This document shows, one piece after another, positions 24,114 through 33,714 of a DNA stretch of 54,205 nucleotides. This DNA is from Nanobdellota archaeon (GTDB lineage: Archaea > Nanobdellota > Nanobdellia > Woesearchaeales > JACPBV01), in the NCBI GenBank assembly GCA_018813685.1, contig JAHJAV010000097.1:1-54205 (forward strand). Direction: 5' to 3'. Under the pieces are notes generated by a model that made no database searches, was not told where the DNA came from, and saw only the letters and a list, made by a program, of their open reading frames with translations. The translations under genes and the position numbers were made by a program. The first letter of the stretch is position 1. The number at the start of each line of letters is the position of its first letter.

Positions 24114-25235
24114 ATGATCTCATGCGAAAAGTTATATGAAATATTCAAAAAAAATGAGCTAACTTTTTTTACAGGAGTTCCAGATTCAATTTTTAAGGAT
24201 TGGATGAAGTTTCTGGCAGATGAGCATGGTGGGAGGGTTACAAATATTATTGCTTGCAATGAATGCGAGGCTGTTGCGACTGCTGCGGGCTATAATCTAG
24301 CTACTGGAAAGATAGGGGTAGTTTATATGCAGAATTCTGGCGAGGGTAAAACTGTAAATCCACTTACTTCTTTGTGTGATAAAGAGGTTTATTCTATTCC
24401 TGTTCTGCTGATGATAGGGTGGAGAGGGGAGCCTGGCAAGAAAGATGAGCCGCAGCATAAAAAGATGGGGAGGATAACCATTAATCTGCTCGAGACTTTG
24501 GAGATACCTTATGAAATATTGCCTACTGATGAAGAAGATATTGTAAAATCTATTGCAAAGATGAAGGAGCTTGCTGAGCAGGAAATCAAGCCAGTTGCAT
24601 TGATTGTAAGAAGCGGAATATTGAAAGAATATGAATCAAAGAAAAAGGTCAAAACAAATTATGAAATGGCTAGGGAGGATGCAATTAAATCGATTGTAGA
24701 TAATCTAGATGGGAGCGAGCCTATTGTTTCGACAACCGGCAAGACTTCAAGGGAGCTATTTGAATATAGGGTTGCTAAGGGACAAAAACCATGTGATTTT
24801 TACACTGTAGGTAGCATGGGATGTTGCGTATCAATTGCAAACGGAATAGCTTTGCAGAAACCTTCAAAAAAGGTATTTGTTTTTGACGGTGATGGGGCTG
24901 TGATTATGCAGATGGGGGCTTTGGCTACTGTAGGGCATTATAGGCCAAAGAATCTTTATCATATAGTTTTTGATAATGGAAGTTATGATTCAACTGGGGG
25001 GCAGCCGACTGTTTCTGTTTCTGTTGATTTTGGGAAAGCAGCTTTAGCTTGCGGATATAAGGCTGCAAAGACTGTTGAGAAAAAGGCTGATCTTATCCAG
25101 GCTGTAAACGAGATGAGAGCTTCTGACGGCCCGCAGATGCTTATTGTTAAAGTGAATAAGGGAGCAAGAAAAGATTTAGGGAGGCCTACTACTACACCTG
25201 TTGAGAATAAAAAAGAATTTATGAAGAAATTATGA
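24114..25235 (+). CDS. ppd: Phosphonopyruvate decarboxylase (ThDP-dependent)
   Basis: FFTGVPDS N-terminus and the ThDP motif GDGAVIMQMGALATVG...VFDNGSYDSTGGQ. About 375 aa. ATG 24114 has SD GGTGAT; GTG 24102 is an alternative start. Confidence 0.85.
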   Translation: MISCEKLYEIFKKNELTFFTGVPDSIFKDWMKFLADEHGGRVTNIIACNECEAVATAAGYNLATGKIGVVYMQNSGEGKTVNPLTSLCDKEVYSIPVLLMIGWRGEPGKKDEPQHKKMGRITINLLETLEIPYEILPTDEEDIVKSIAKMKELAEQEIKPVALIVRSGILKEYESKKKVKTNYEMAREDAIKSIVDNLDGSEPIVSTTGKTSRELFEYRVAKGQKPCDFYTVGSMGCCVSIANGIALQKPSKKVFVFDGDGAVIMQMGALATVGHYRPKNLYHIVFDNGSYDSTGGQPTVSVSVDFGKAALACGYKAAKTVEKKADLIQAVNEMRASDGPQMLIVKVNKGARKDLGRPTTTPVENKKEFMKKL

Positions 25236-26374
25236 AACAAAAAGAATTTTTTGGAAAGGATTCAATCTACAAGCTGAAGGAGATTCTTGATGAACATAAA
25301 CCTAAGTCTATCTTTTTAGTCACTGGCAAAAGTTCTTATGAAAAGAGCGGGGCTAGTGGGAAATTAGGTGAGATGCTCAAAGGATATAATGCGATTCATT
25401 TTACTGATTTTAATCCCAACCCAAAATTAGAGGAGATAGAGAACGGGTTAAATATTTTCAGGGAAAATAAATGCGATTTTTTAATCGCTGTCGGTGGAGG
25501 GAGCCCGATTGATGTTGCGAAGTCAGTGAGCATATTGGATGCTAATCCAGGGGATGCTGTCGATTATATAAACAAAAAGAGAAAGATAGAGAAAAAAGGC
25601 AAGATACTGGTTGCTATACCTACTACCTCTGGCTCTGGAAGTGAAGCTACTTATTTTATTGTATTTTATAAGGGCAAGACCAAGTGCTCTCTTGGGCATG
25701 AGGAGTTTACACTGCCTGATTATGCTATTGTAGACCCAGTTTTGACAGATAGCCTTCCAAAATACCAGACAGCATGCACTGGAATGGATGCTTTGGGCCA
25801 GGCAATTGAATCTTACTGGTGTGTAGATTCTACAGAAGAGTCAAAGAATTATGCTGCTGAAGCAATAAAGCTTGCTATGGAATTTCTTGAAGAAGCTGTC
25901 AACAATCCATCATATAAGGCGAGAGAAGCAATGGCTAAATCTGCTAACCTAGCCGGAAAGGCAATAAACATATCGAGGACAACTGCCTGCCATGCTGTTG
26001 CGTATCCAATAACTTCTTATTTTGGAATACCTCATGGGCATGCTGTTGGTTTGACTATACCTTCTATGCTAGTGCATAATTATAGAGTTAATGAGGGTGA
26101 GCTGCTTGATAAAAGGGGGATTTCTTATGTTAAGAAGACAATTGAGGAAATATCCAGTTTAGTTGGCGCTAAGACAGTTGATGAGGCAGCTAAAAAGATA
26201 AATGAGCTGATGAGCCGGATAGGACTTAAAATAAGACTTTCTGAGCTTGATATTAAAACTGAATCTGACAGAGAGATAATACTCAAGAATGGATTTAATC
26301 CTGGGAGGGTTAAGAATAATCCTAGGGTGTTAACAGAAGAAGCTTTGAGGGTAATTATATCAGAAATCGACTAA
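25232..26374 (+). CDS. Group III iron-containing alcohol dehydrogenase (phosphonoacetaldehyde reductase-type, FomC/PhpC-like by context)
   Basis: VGGGSPIDVAK and the His-rich metal site HAVAYPITSYFGIPHGHAVG. Overlaps the ppd stop. Confidence 0.8.
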   Translation: MKQKEFFGKDSIYKLKEILDEHKPKSIFLVTGKSSYEKSGASGKLGEMLKGYNAIHFTDFNPNPKLEEIENGLNIFRENKCDFLIAVGGGSPIDVAKSVSILDANPGDAVDYINKKRKIEKKGKILVAIPTTSGSGSEATYFIVFYKGKTKCSLGHEEFTLPDYAIVDPVLTDSLPKYQTACTGMDALGQAIESYWCVDSTEESKNYAAEAIKLAMEFLEEAVNNPSYKAREAMAKSANLAGKAINISRTTACHAVAYPITSYFGIPHGHAVGLTIPSMLVHNYRVNEGELLDKRGISYVKKTIEEISSLVGAKTVDEAAKKINELMSRIGLKIRLSELDIKTESDREIILKNGFNPGRVKNNPRVLTEEALRVIISEID

Positions 26375-27081
26375 TAAGCCAATTTTTTCTTGGCTATCTC
26401 TAAATCTTCCAATGTGTCGATTTCCATGCAGAATTCATTTCCGAAATAGACTGGTTTCAGCCTGATCTCTTTTGAAATCTCATTGAAGGCATTTTCTGAG
26501 TATACCTCGGTTTTGCCTTCCTTAACAAACCTTTCAATTTCCTGCATCCACCTCAGGAAAGCATCTTTTGAGAAGATGTATATCGGTGCAAGGAAAAAGC
26601 AGTTTTTACCGGAAATATCAACACCTATTTCTTTTAAAATTCCATCTTCTACCCTTCCTTTGAAATCCTTTTCCGGTGGCTCTTTTTCATTATTCAGTAG
26701 GACGGCATTTTTTTCTTTACTTTTTAAAAGTCTTTTCAATAAAACCCTGTCAAAAACCATGTCGCTGTGCATCAATAATATGTCGTCATCAATCTTATCT
26801 TTAGCCATAAACATGGAGTAGATATAGTTTGTTTCTTCGTATTTTGGATTTTTTACATATTCTACATTAAATTTAGGATAATTTTTTTTCATAAATTCCA
26901 GTATCTTTTCTTCAAACGGGCCTGTAGTTATTATAGCTCTTTTGATGCCTACTGACCAGAGATGGTCAAGTTCATGCCCAAGGATTGTTTTTCCATTTAA
27001 TTTAATCAAGCACTTTGGAATTTCGTCTGTTAAAGGATACATCCTGCTTCCAACTCCTGAAGCCAAAATCATAGCTTTCAT
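26371..27081 (-). CDS. LicC/MobA-like NTP-transferase (phospho-alcohol or phosphonate cytidylyltransferase candidate)
   Basis: MKAMILASGVGSRMYPLTDEIPKCLIKLNGK. SD GGGTGA precedes ATG 27081. Confidence 0.75.
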   Translation of the reverse strand: MKAMILASGVGSRMYPLTDEIPKCLIKLNGKTILGHELDHLWSVGIKRAIITTGPFEEKILEFMKKNYPKFNVEYVKNPKYEETNYIYSMFMAKDKIDDDILLMHSDMVFDRVLLKRLLKSKEKNAVLLNNEKEPPEKDFKGRVEDGILKEIGVDISGKNCFFLAPIYIFSKDAFLRWMQEIERFVKEGKTEVYSENAFNEISKEIRLKPVYFGNEFCMEIDTLEDLEIAKKKLAY

Positions 27082-27094
27082 AATAATCACCCTG

Positions 27095-28537
27095 TTATTT
27101 TTTTTGACCTGACCATGGAATAAACGATTTTACTACATCTATCTCTTCTTTTCCAAAGCCGCCCATCACAAATAATGCGGCAAAATAACCCATTGCTGCC
27201 AAGGGAATTATGTATATTACCGGCATGAACTTGATGTATATGACTAAAGCACCCATAATGATGCCTGCAATAATCGGCTTATAGCTTATTTTGATTAGAT
27301 TTAAGGGATAATTGTTTTTTGTTGTGAAATAGTAGAGAATACCAAAGCTTATGATTTGTGTGATTACTGTTGCCACTGCCGCCCCAATATAACTGAATCT
27401 TGGAATCAATACAATATTTAGTATTACTGCCGATGTTGTGCAGATAACAGTGGATGCAGTAAACAATTTCTGCTTGTTTATCGAATTGAGCAGATAGCCC
27501 ATGTTTTCGTTTAGGAATATAAGGACTATTACAACAGATGATATTGCAAGGATCTTTCCTGATTCTATAAACTGTTCCTTGTACATCCAGAGGATTATCT
27601 GGTTGGCCAGCAGACTTACTCCTATGCTTATAGGTATGCCTATCACAAGCAGATAATAGAATGATTGTTTATACAGCCTTTTTAGATAATCCTTGGAATC
27701 TGTATGGTGGAATCTTGACATTGCAGGAAATGTTGCATGGGTTATTACAGATGGAATAAAAGTAAGGGCTGTAATCAGGGTTGATGATGCGTTATACCAT
27801 CCTGTAGCCTGATAGCTTTTCATCGCTGTGAGCATTACTGTGCTTATCTGGTAATATATCCTCTGGAAAATCATTGTAAACCAGAACGGCCAGGAATTTG
27901 TCAGGAGGGAATGCCACATCTTATAGTCAAATGACAGGGATAATTTTACAAATTTCCTGTAAGAAACTATATAACAATAGACTGAAGTAATTAGTTTTGA
28001 GGCAATAAGGGCCAATAGTAGGGTGTATATTCCATTTCCAGTCATAAGTACATAAGCGCTAAAACCTAAAGAAAATATCCTTTCAATTGAAGTATAGTAA
28101 AACACAAACTGATTTTTTTCAAATGCTTTGAATACTATCCCCATCAGGGTGTTGAACGCATTAAAAAGTTCGTGAACCATAACAAGGAGAATCACCGGCA
28201 GAATCTCATTTGTTTTAGGCCATGCCAATGCAATCAGGACTGAGATTAAATAAGACACTATTGTAATGGCAAATTTCAATGTGAGTGTGTTATTAACAAG
28301 GCTTTCTGCTTTTGACTTGTCTTTTGCAATTTCCCTAAATATATAGACTGTAAGGCCCATATGTGAAATCATAGTCACCAGACCGATAAAAGCAAAGGCA
28401 AAAGAGTATTTTCCGAATCCTATACTTCCAAGATACCTTGTTATGATTATAACCAGCACCAAAGAAATTATTTTGTTTATTATCTCTGTTGAAAATAGGA
28501 ATCCTGCGTTTTTTGCTATAGTCCTTGCCGATGACAT
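27095..28537 (-). CDS. Wzx-type (MOP superfamily) polysaccharide/oligosaccharide flippase
   Basis: 480 aa with about 12-14 TM segments. Typical N-terminus IAKNAGFLFSTEIINKIISLVLVIIITRYLG..GFGKYSFA. Confidence 0.8.
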   Translation of the reverse strand: MSSARTIAKNAGFLFSTEIINKIISLVLVIIITRYLGSIGFGKYSFAFAFIGLVTMISHMGLTVYIFREIAKDKSKAESLVNNTLTLKFAITIVSYLISVLIALAWPKTNEILPVILLVMVHELFNAFNTLMGIVFKAFEKNQFVFYYTSIERIFSLGFSAYVLMTGNGIYTLLLALIASKLITSVYCYIVSYRKFVKLSLSFDYKMWHSLLTNSWPFWFTMIFQRIYYQISTVMLTAMKSYQATGWYNASSTLITALTFIPSVITHATFPAMSRFHHTDSKDYLKRLYKQSFYYLLVIGIPISIGVSLLANQIILWMYKEQFIESGKILAISSVVIVLIFLNENMGYLLNSINKQKLFTASTVICTTSAVILNIVLIPRFSYIGAAVATVITQIISFGILYYFTTKNNYPLNLIKISYKPIIAGIIMGALVIYIKFMPVIYIIPLAAMGYFAALFVMGGFGKEEIDVVKSFIPWSGQKK

Positions 28538-28539
28538 AT

Positions 28540-29919
28540 TTACAGAGACCTCTTAAGATAATTAATTACAAAACCAGGCCTTTTTAAAATATATTTCACC
28601 AGTTTCTTAAACTCGCCGAATGAAGTGAAATACCTTAACATCAGCTGCCTGTTGTTTAAGCTGTAGATCTTTTTCCTGTAATGTTTCAAATCTTTATCAG
28701 TAATGTGCTCCAATTTTATCAATGAATGCTTAGCATAGTAATCAATATCTCCTTCAATGAGCTGATTATTCTTTTTTAATAGGTCGTATAGGTCATTGCC
28801 TGGGTAGGGTACTGCGGTAAACACATCCAGGCCGTCTGGCTTTATTTTTTTGATCAATTGATAAGTATCTTCCAAATCTTCTTTTGTTTCGATTGGAGCT
28901 CCAATCATGAAGTATGCGAATGTCTTTATCTTAAGGTCTTTGCAGAGATTAAATGCTTTTACTGCCTGTTCGGGTGTTGTGCCTTTTCTGTAATAGTTTA
29001 GTATCTTCTGAGATCCAGATTCAACTCCAAATGATATATGGCTTAATCCTGATTCTTTCATTGTCTTCAGAAGGTCAAAATCAACATTATCGATTCTAGT
29101 ATGGCAGCCCCAGTCTATGCTGAGCTTTCTTTTTTCAAGCTCATTCTTGAACTCTTTGAACCATTCCAATCCACAAAGAGTTAGAGTGTCATCTTTGAAC
29201 CATAACTTTACCATGCCTTTGAACAAATGACTATATCTTTTGACTATTTCTTCGATTTCTTCCACTACGTTTTTTGCGCTTCTTTTTCTTACCCTATTTC
29301 CAAATAACTTGTCTACCATTGGCTTACAGTAAAGGCAATTGTATGGGCAGCCCCTTGTTGCTATTATCCCTATTTCTGTTGTACCTGTCTTGAAATATTT
29401 TTCATAATCCCATAACTCTCTTGAAGGGAATGGAAGCTCATCTAGATCATGTACAAATGATTTTTTTTGATTTATCCTTGTTTTGTTGTTATCTTTAAAT
29501 GCAATGCCATCTATTTCGCTTATTGGAATTTTTTTTTCTATGTTATCTGCTAGTTTTGCTGTTGTATCTTCGCCTTCCCCTATTATCACATAATCAAATC
29601 CTTGGTTAAGGGCTTCTTCTGGTGATAATGTTCCATGAGAGCCTCCAAGAAAGCAAGGGATTTTTGGATTTGTTTCTTTTATTATTTGCAGTGCTTTTTT
29701 TGAGTGGTCAAAGATTAGTGAAGTTGAACTCATGCCTATAAGGTCTGATTCTTTGGCTGCTTTTCTTAATTCATCTTCATTTTTATCGAATGTTAAGTCT
29801 ATCAAATTTACTTCATGGCCTTTGCTTTTTAGAGATGATGCTATATACAAGATACCTAATGGTTCCTGGAGCCCGGATGGGTCTTCACTGAATCCCGGAT
29901 AAATCAATGTTATTTTCAT
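28540..29919 (-). CDS. Class B (B12-binding domain) radical SAM enzyme
   Basis: ITLIYPG...PLGILYIASSL...GGSHGT and TRGCPYNCLYC. Confidence 0.85.
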   Translation of the reverse strand: MKITLIYPGFSEDPSGLQEPLGILYIASSLKSKGHEVNLIDLTFDKNEDELRKAAKESDLIGMSSTSLIFDHSKKALQIIKETNPKIPCFLGGSHGTLSPEEALNQGFDYVIIGEGEDTTAKLADNIEKKIPISEIDGIAFKDNNKTRINQKKSFVHDLDELPFPSRELWDYEKYFKTGTTEIGIIATRGCPYNCLYCKPMVDKLFGNRVRKRSAKNVVEEIEEIVKRYSHLFKGMVKLWFKDDTLTLCGLEWFKEFKNELEKRKLSIDWGCHTRIDNVDFDLLKTMKESGLSHISFGVESGSQKILNYYRKGTTPEQAVKAFNLCKDLKIKTFAYFMIGAPIETKEDLEDTYQLIKKIKPDGLDVFTAVPYPGNDLYDLLKKNNQLIEGDIDYYAKHSLIKLEHITDKDLKHYRKKIYSLNNRQLMLRYFTSFGEFKKLVKYILKRPGFVINYLKRSL

Positions 29920-30944
29920 TTTATACCTTCCCTATAAACTTTTAGATGATCTTTTGCTATTTTTTCCCAATTTGCAACCTTTCTATACTCTTCGATTCCT
30001 TTTTTATATCTGCTGTAATTATTCAACACTTCCTTTATCCCTTCTGCAAGTGCTTTTGGGCTTTTGGGCTTTACTACTTCTCCAAACCTAAATAAGTCTA
30101 CCATCTCCCATAATGCGCCTGTTTTGGCTGCCACTACAGGAAGGCCGAATGCAACTGCATTGTGTAGTATTCCTGATTGATATGGCGCCCACACATGAGG
30201 TAGGACCACTAAATCTGCGTTGTTATAATATTGAGATTTCTTATGCTCATCAATCCATCCAAACTCTGTTTTTATTTCTGCTTTTGAAAATTTTAGTTGG
30301 GATTTAATCTCTTTTTCTATTTTTTTATCTACAAAATTACCAGTTATTGTTAGTTTGCAATCAGGAAGATAATCCATTGCCTTTATGAGATATTCTACAC
30401 CTTTGTTTTTTGATATCATGCCGAAACAGAGAAGATTATTACCTTTTCTTTTGTGCGTTTTAAAAAGATTCAGTCCATGATATATGTATCTTATATTATG
30501 CGCCTTGTATTTCTTTTCCAGGAATTCTTTTTGTTTGGGGGTGTGTATGATAACTAAATTCGATTTCTTTATTATCTGCCTTTCAATAGATTCGAGAATA
30601 CTGTCTTTTAAGTTTCTTATTAAATAGTGCACTTCGTGAAGCGTTACTATGACTGGAATTGGAAGGCTCAATGCACTTAACAGGTTAAGGTTTAATATTT
30701 TACTGAAGAATGGTGCTACATATTGTATGTGTATTGCATCCAAATTTTCTTTTTTGATTATATTTTCCAAATCTTTCTTTAGGGAAAATGACCTGAAATC
30801 AATGATATAGTCTGCTTTACTCCCTTTTCTTCCTATTGTGACAATGTCTTTTCTTTTCCCCCCTAATCCAATCAGGATGTTGTTTGAATATATTGCAATT
30901 CCATCTTTTTCAGGGAGAAATGGGCTTAATAATCCTATTTTCAT
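29916..30944 (-). CDS. Glycosyltransferase family 4
   Basis: GT-B C-terminal pattern ADLVVLPHVWAPYQSGILHNAVAFGLPVVAAKTGAL. Confidence 0.8.
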   Translation of the reverse strand: MKIGLLSPFLPEKDGIAIYSNNILIGLGGKRKDIVTIGRKGSKADYIIDFRSFSLKKDLENIIKKENLDAIHIQYVAPFFSKILNLNLLSALSLPIPVIVTLHEVHYLIRNLKDSILESIERQIIKKSNLVIIHTPKQKEFLEKKYKAHNIRYIYHGLNLFKTHKRKGNNLLCFGMISKNKGVEYLIKAMDYLPDCKLTITGNFVDKKIEKEIKSQLKFSKAEIKTEFGWIDEHKKSQYYNNADLVVLPHVWAPYQSGILHNAVAFGLPVVAAKTGALWEMVDLFRFGEVVKPKSPKALAEGIKEVLNNYSRYKKGIEEYRKVANWEKIAKDHLKVYREGIK

Positions 30945-31846
30945 TTTCCAACCTTGAGGAACATACCATAAAGAGTGTTCATGTAGAGGTCTTTTTGGTA
31001 TTTTTTTATTATCTTGAGTATATCTTCAAAATGATTCAAGCCATGCCTCATAAAAGTGGTTTCATGAGTAGACAAGGTATATATGGTTCCTGTTTTGATT
31101 GCATCTTTTATTCCATTCTCGATTATTTCTAGCTCTTTTCGGTTTCGAATTCCTGTTTTTATAAAATAAGAAGAATGAATACAGTTGAATCCGCGCCTTT
31201 TGAAAAAGCCTTTTTTAGTTCTCTGAGTTATGACTGTACCATACTTCTCCCTTGTGCCGTCAAATCTTGTGAGGATAATTCCATTGTTTTTTAAGATATT
31301 ATATATCCTATCTGGCCTTTTTGGCTCTTCAAGCTCAAACCAAGGGGCAGCATAAGTCTTTGGATCAAAACCAATTCTTTTTGCGGCTATCCTGGAGAAT
31401 CTTATCGAATTACTTATTATGCTGTCTGGCTCTGAAAAATTGCTTTCATGCAAGAAATTGTGGATAGATACCTCAAACAATCTGCTGTTCATCTCATTCT
31501 GTATGAAACCTCCGAAAGAGGGGATAATTTTAGGCAGCCTTCTTTTATTCCAGAGGTATCTTGTTTTTATATCCTGATTAAGGTAACCTGTTAATATCTT
31601 TTTATCTCCTTTTTTAAGGAACAGCGAACCTACAAAGAAGAATGTTGCAGGAATATTGTATTTTTTTAATAGGACTACCATTTCATTTAATGTTTTTATA
31701 CTATAATCCATGCCCAATATTGCAGACAAAAGCATTTTTACCCTCTTGCTGAACTTGTCCCTTGGGCTAAATGGTATTCTGCCAAATTCACCTTCAGCAT
31801 CAACCATTATTATTAATCCTGCTTTTTTATTTCCTGGAAATCTCAT
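30941..31846 (-). CDS. Polysaccharide deacetylase-like (CE4-like) protein
   Basis: MVDAEGE (TFDDG-like), PATFFFVG, and HNFLH (HxxxH metal motif). Confidence 0.55.
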   Translation of the reverse strand: MRFPGNKKAGLIIMVDAEGEFGRIPFSPRDKFSKRVKMLLSAILGMDYSIKTLNEMVVLLKKYNIPATFFFVGSLFLKKGDKKILTGYLNQDIKTRYLWNKRRLPKIIPSFGGFIQNEMNSRLFEVSIHNFLHESNFSEPDSIISNSIRFSRIAAKRIGFDPKTYAAPWFELEEPKRPDRIYNILKNNGIILTRFDGTREKYGTVITQRTKKGFFKRRGFNCIHSSYFIKTGIRNRKELEIIENGIKDAIKTGTIYTLSTHETTFMRHGLNHFEDILKIIKKYQKDLYMNTLYGMFLKVGK

Positions 31847-32501
31847 TATGTTCCTCTTTAAGGTATTTCAAGAAGTAATATGCAATGTAAGAAACCCATA
31901 TAACATTAAAGTAGGCAGCATAGAAAAAAAGGAACAGATAATTCATATTTATCAAGGAGGCAATAACAAGGAAATGAATCTGTATATCCCACTCAACAAA
32001 GAATAGCAGGAGCCTTGAAAAAAGGTTTTGTTTCAACTGCTTTTTTAATTTGTCTTCAGTATGGTTCTGGAAGCATATGTCTGATCTTAATGATGCAAAT
32101 ATATAGAGGTGCTTTCCAAGGAAGTAAACTGAGGCAGCTATGATGAATATAATCTCTTTTGTCTGCAGGTAATTGGCAATTGCTATGTTCAGCACCCATA
32201 TATCCATAACAATCTTATCACAAACACCATCTATCCATTCACCGAACTTGGTTCGCATGTTCTTTAGCCCGGCCAGGATGCCATCTGTAACATCTATAGC
32301 ATAGAACATGATAACTGCTGCTGCAAAAATCAGGCGATAGATGAAACCGTTTTGGTACAGCAATACAGCTGCAGAAAGCCCCATCAATGCCCTAAACAAC
32401 GTAACTGAGTTAGGGGTTGCTGGTGTGTTTTTCAGGAGCTTGGCTATAGCTTTTCCTAATGGGAATATATAATATTTTGCGATATAGTTTATTGTTACCA
32501 T
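31827..32501 (-). CDS. CDP-alcohol phosphatidyltransferase-family protein
   Basis: DVTDGILAGLKNMRTKFGEWIDGVCD fits D-x2-DG-x2-A[R>G]-x8-G-x3-D-x3-D. Polytopic. Confidence 0.7.
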   Translation of the reverse strand: MVTINYIAKYYIFPLGKAIAKLLKNTPATPNSVTLFRALMGLSAAVLLYQNGFIYRLIFAAAVIMFYAIDVTDGILAGLKNMRTKFGEWIDGVCDKIVMDIWVLNIAIANYLQTKEIIFIIAASVYFLGKHLYIFASLRSDICFQNHTEDKLKKQLKQNLFSRLLLFFVEWDIQIHFLVIASLINMNYLFLFFYAAYFNVIWVSYIAYYFLKYLKEEHNEISRK

Positions 32502-32502
32502 T

Positions 32503-33153
32503 TCAGCCTTTTTTTGGGATTACGACGAACTGTATAAATTTATAGATCAATAATAGCGCATAGAATGTAAAGTAGAATATCACCATGTAAGGTATCCAAT
32601 TGAAGAAGGCAAGTATAAGGCAGTATGTGAATGTGTGGGATGGGCAAGTGAGCCACCTTACAATATATTCTAGGGTTGTATGAGGGATCTCTTCATCTGT
32701 TTCTTTTATCTCAAATATCTGAGTGTACCTGTGGAAAAGGAGATTTATAATTGGTATTGACGCAGATGTAAACGCACCTAACATTATGTAGATGGGGTTA
32801 TTAAGAGCTTTGTAAGAGTAAATCCCCAGAGCAAAATAAAACAGCGGAAAAACCGCTTCGTGCCATACTGCTTCCAGATATTTTCCCCTCAAGCTTGCTT
32901 GTTTTTTTAATCTTGCAAGGGTACCGTCCATTGTATCCAATATCAATATTATCTGAAGAATTATGGCTCCTGTAAATATATACCCATATGAAATAAAGAT
33001 GCAGGTAATAACAGTTAAAATACTGACAAAAACACTTATTTGATTGCCCGTTATCGGAGTTTTGACTAATAGGGGAGCTAATCTCCAGCCTATTGGCTCG
33101 CAAAAATATCTGAACCATAAGCTTCTGCTGGGTTTTGATGTCATTATGTGCAT
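32503..33153 (-). CDS. CDP-alcohol phosphatidyltransferase-family protein (distal Asp residues substituted)
   Basis: In DTMDGTLARLKKQASLRGKYLEAVWH the DG-x2-AR-x8-G part is kept. The two distal Asp positions read E and H. Confidence 0.6.
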   Translation of the reverse strand: MHIMTSKPSRSLWFRYFCEPIGWRLAPLLVKTPITGNQISVFVSILTVITCIFISYGYIFTGAIILQIILILDTMDGTLARLKKQASLRGKYLEAVWHEAVFPLFYFALGIYSYKALNNPIYIMLGAFTSASIPIINLLFHRYTQIFEIKETDEEIPHTTLEYIVRWLTCPSHTFTYCLILAFFNWIPYMVIFYFTFYALLLIYKFIQFVVIPKKG

Positions 33154-33177
33154 GCCTCTGTTATTTTTATATGGTCT

Positions 33178-33714
33178 TTATTTCACCACTTCTAACCTAA
33201 AATTAATTTTTCTTACAAATCCACCTAAAATTAGTCCAACTTTATTTAAAAGCTTTTTTTTGAAAGGGATTATCTTTCCTAATTTGGTTGGTATAAGTTC
33301 TTTTTTAAGTATCTTGAACCTTGCGTTGGTATAAAAATTATAAACGTGTTTATCTGTGAAATAATCAAAAGTATCTAATGTAAAAAATCTTTTGTGGGTT
33401 GGATCTGCCAATGCAGTTATACTGTTAAAGTAAGGGGGATCTAAATCGATTATTGCCCCATTTTTACAGATCCTATGCAACTCTTCCATCGATTTAACTA
33501 AATCAGCTAAGTGTTCTGCAATTCCTATTGCCCTTACTTCTTCAAATGTGTTATCTTTGAATGGATAGGGCATCTTATCTAAGTCATGCACCACATCTAC
33601 CCCATCTAAATTTACTATGTCTAAATTAATATAATCTTTTTTAATATCGTTTCCACAACCAATATTCAATTTTTTTATTTTAGCTATATCCCTAATATTT
33701 TCCACCAGTTTCAT
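33178..33714 (-). CDS. Class I SAM-dependent methyltransferase
   Basis: KLNIGCGNDIKKDYINLD...DLDKMPYPFKDNTFEEV. Confidence 0.75.
   Translation of the reverse strand: MKLVENIRDIAKIKKLNIGCGNDIKKDYINLDIVNLDGVDVVHDLDKMPYPFKDNTFEEVRAIGIAEHLADLVKSMEELHRICKNGAIIDLDPPYFNSITALADPTHKRFFTLDTFDYFTDKHVYNFYTNARFKILKKELIPTKLGKIIPFKKKLLNKVGLILGGFVRKINFRLEVVK

Noticed and set aside
30941-31846. CE4-like ORF considered as the missing sulfotransferase
   Set aside because: It shows the deacetylase metal-binding pattern (D...HxxxH, ATFFxxG) and no P-loop-like PAPS-binding motif.
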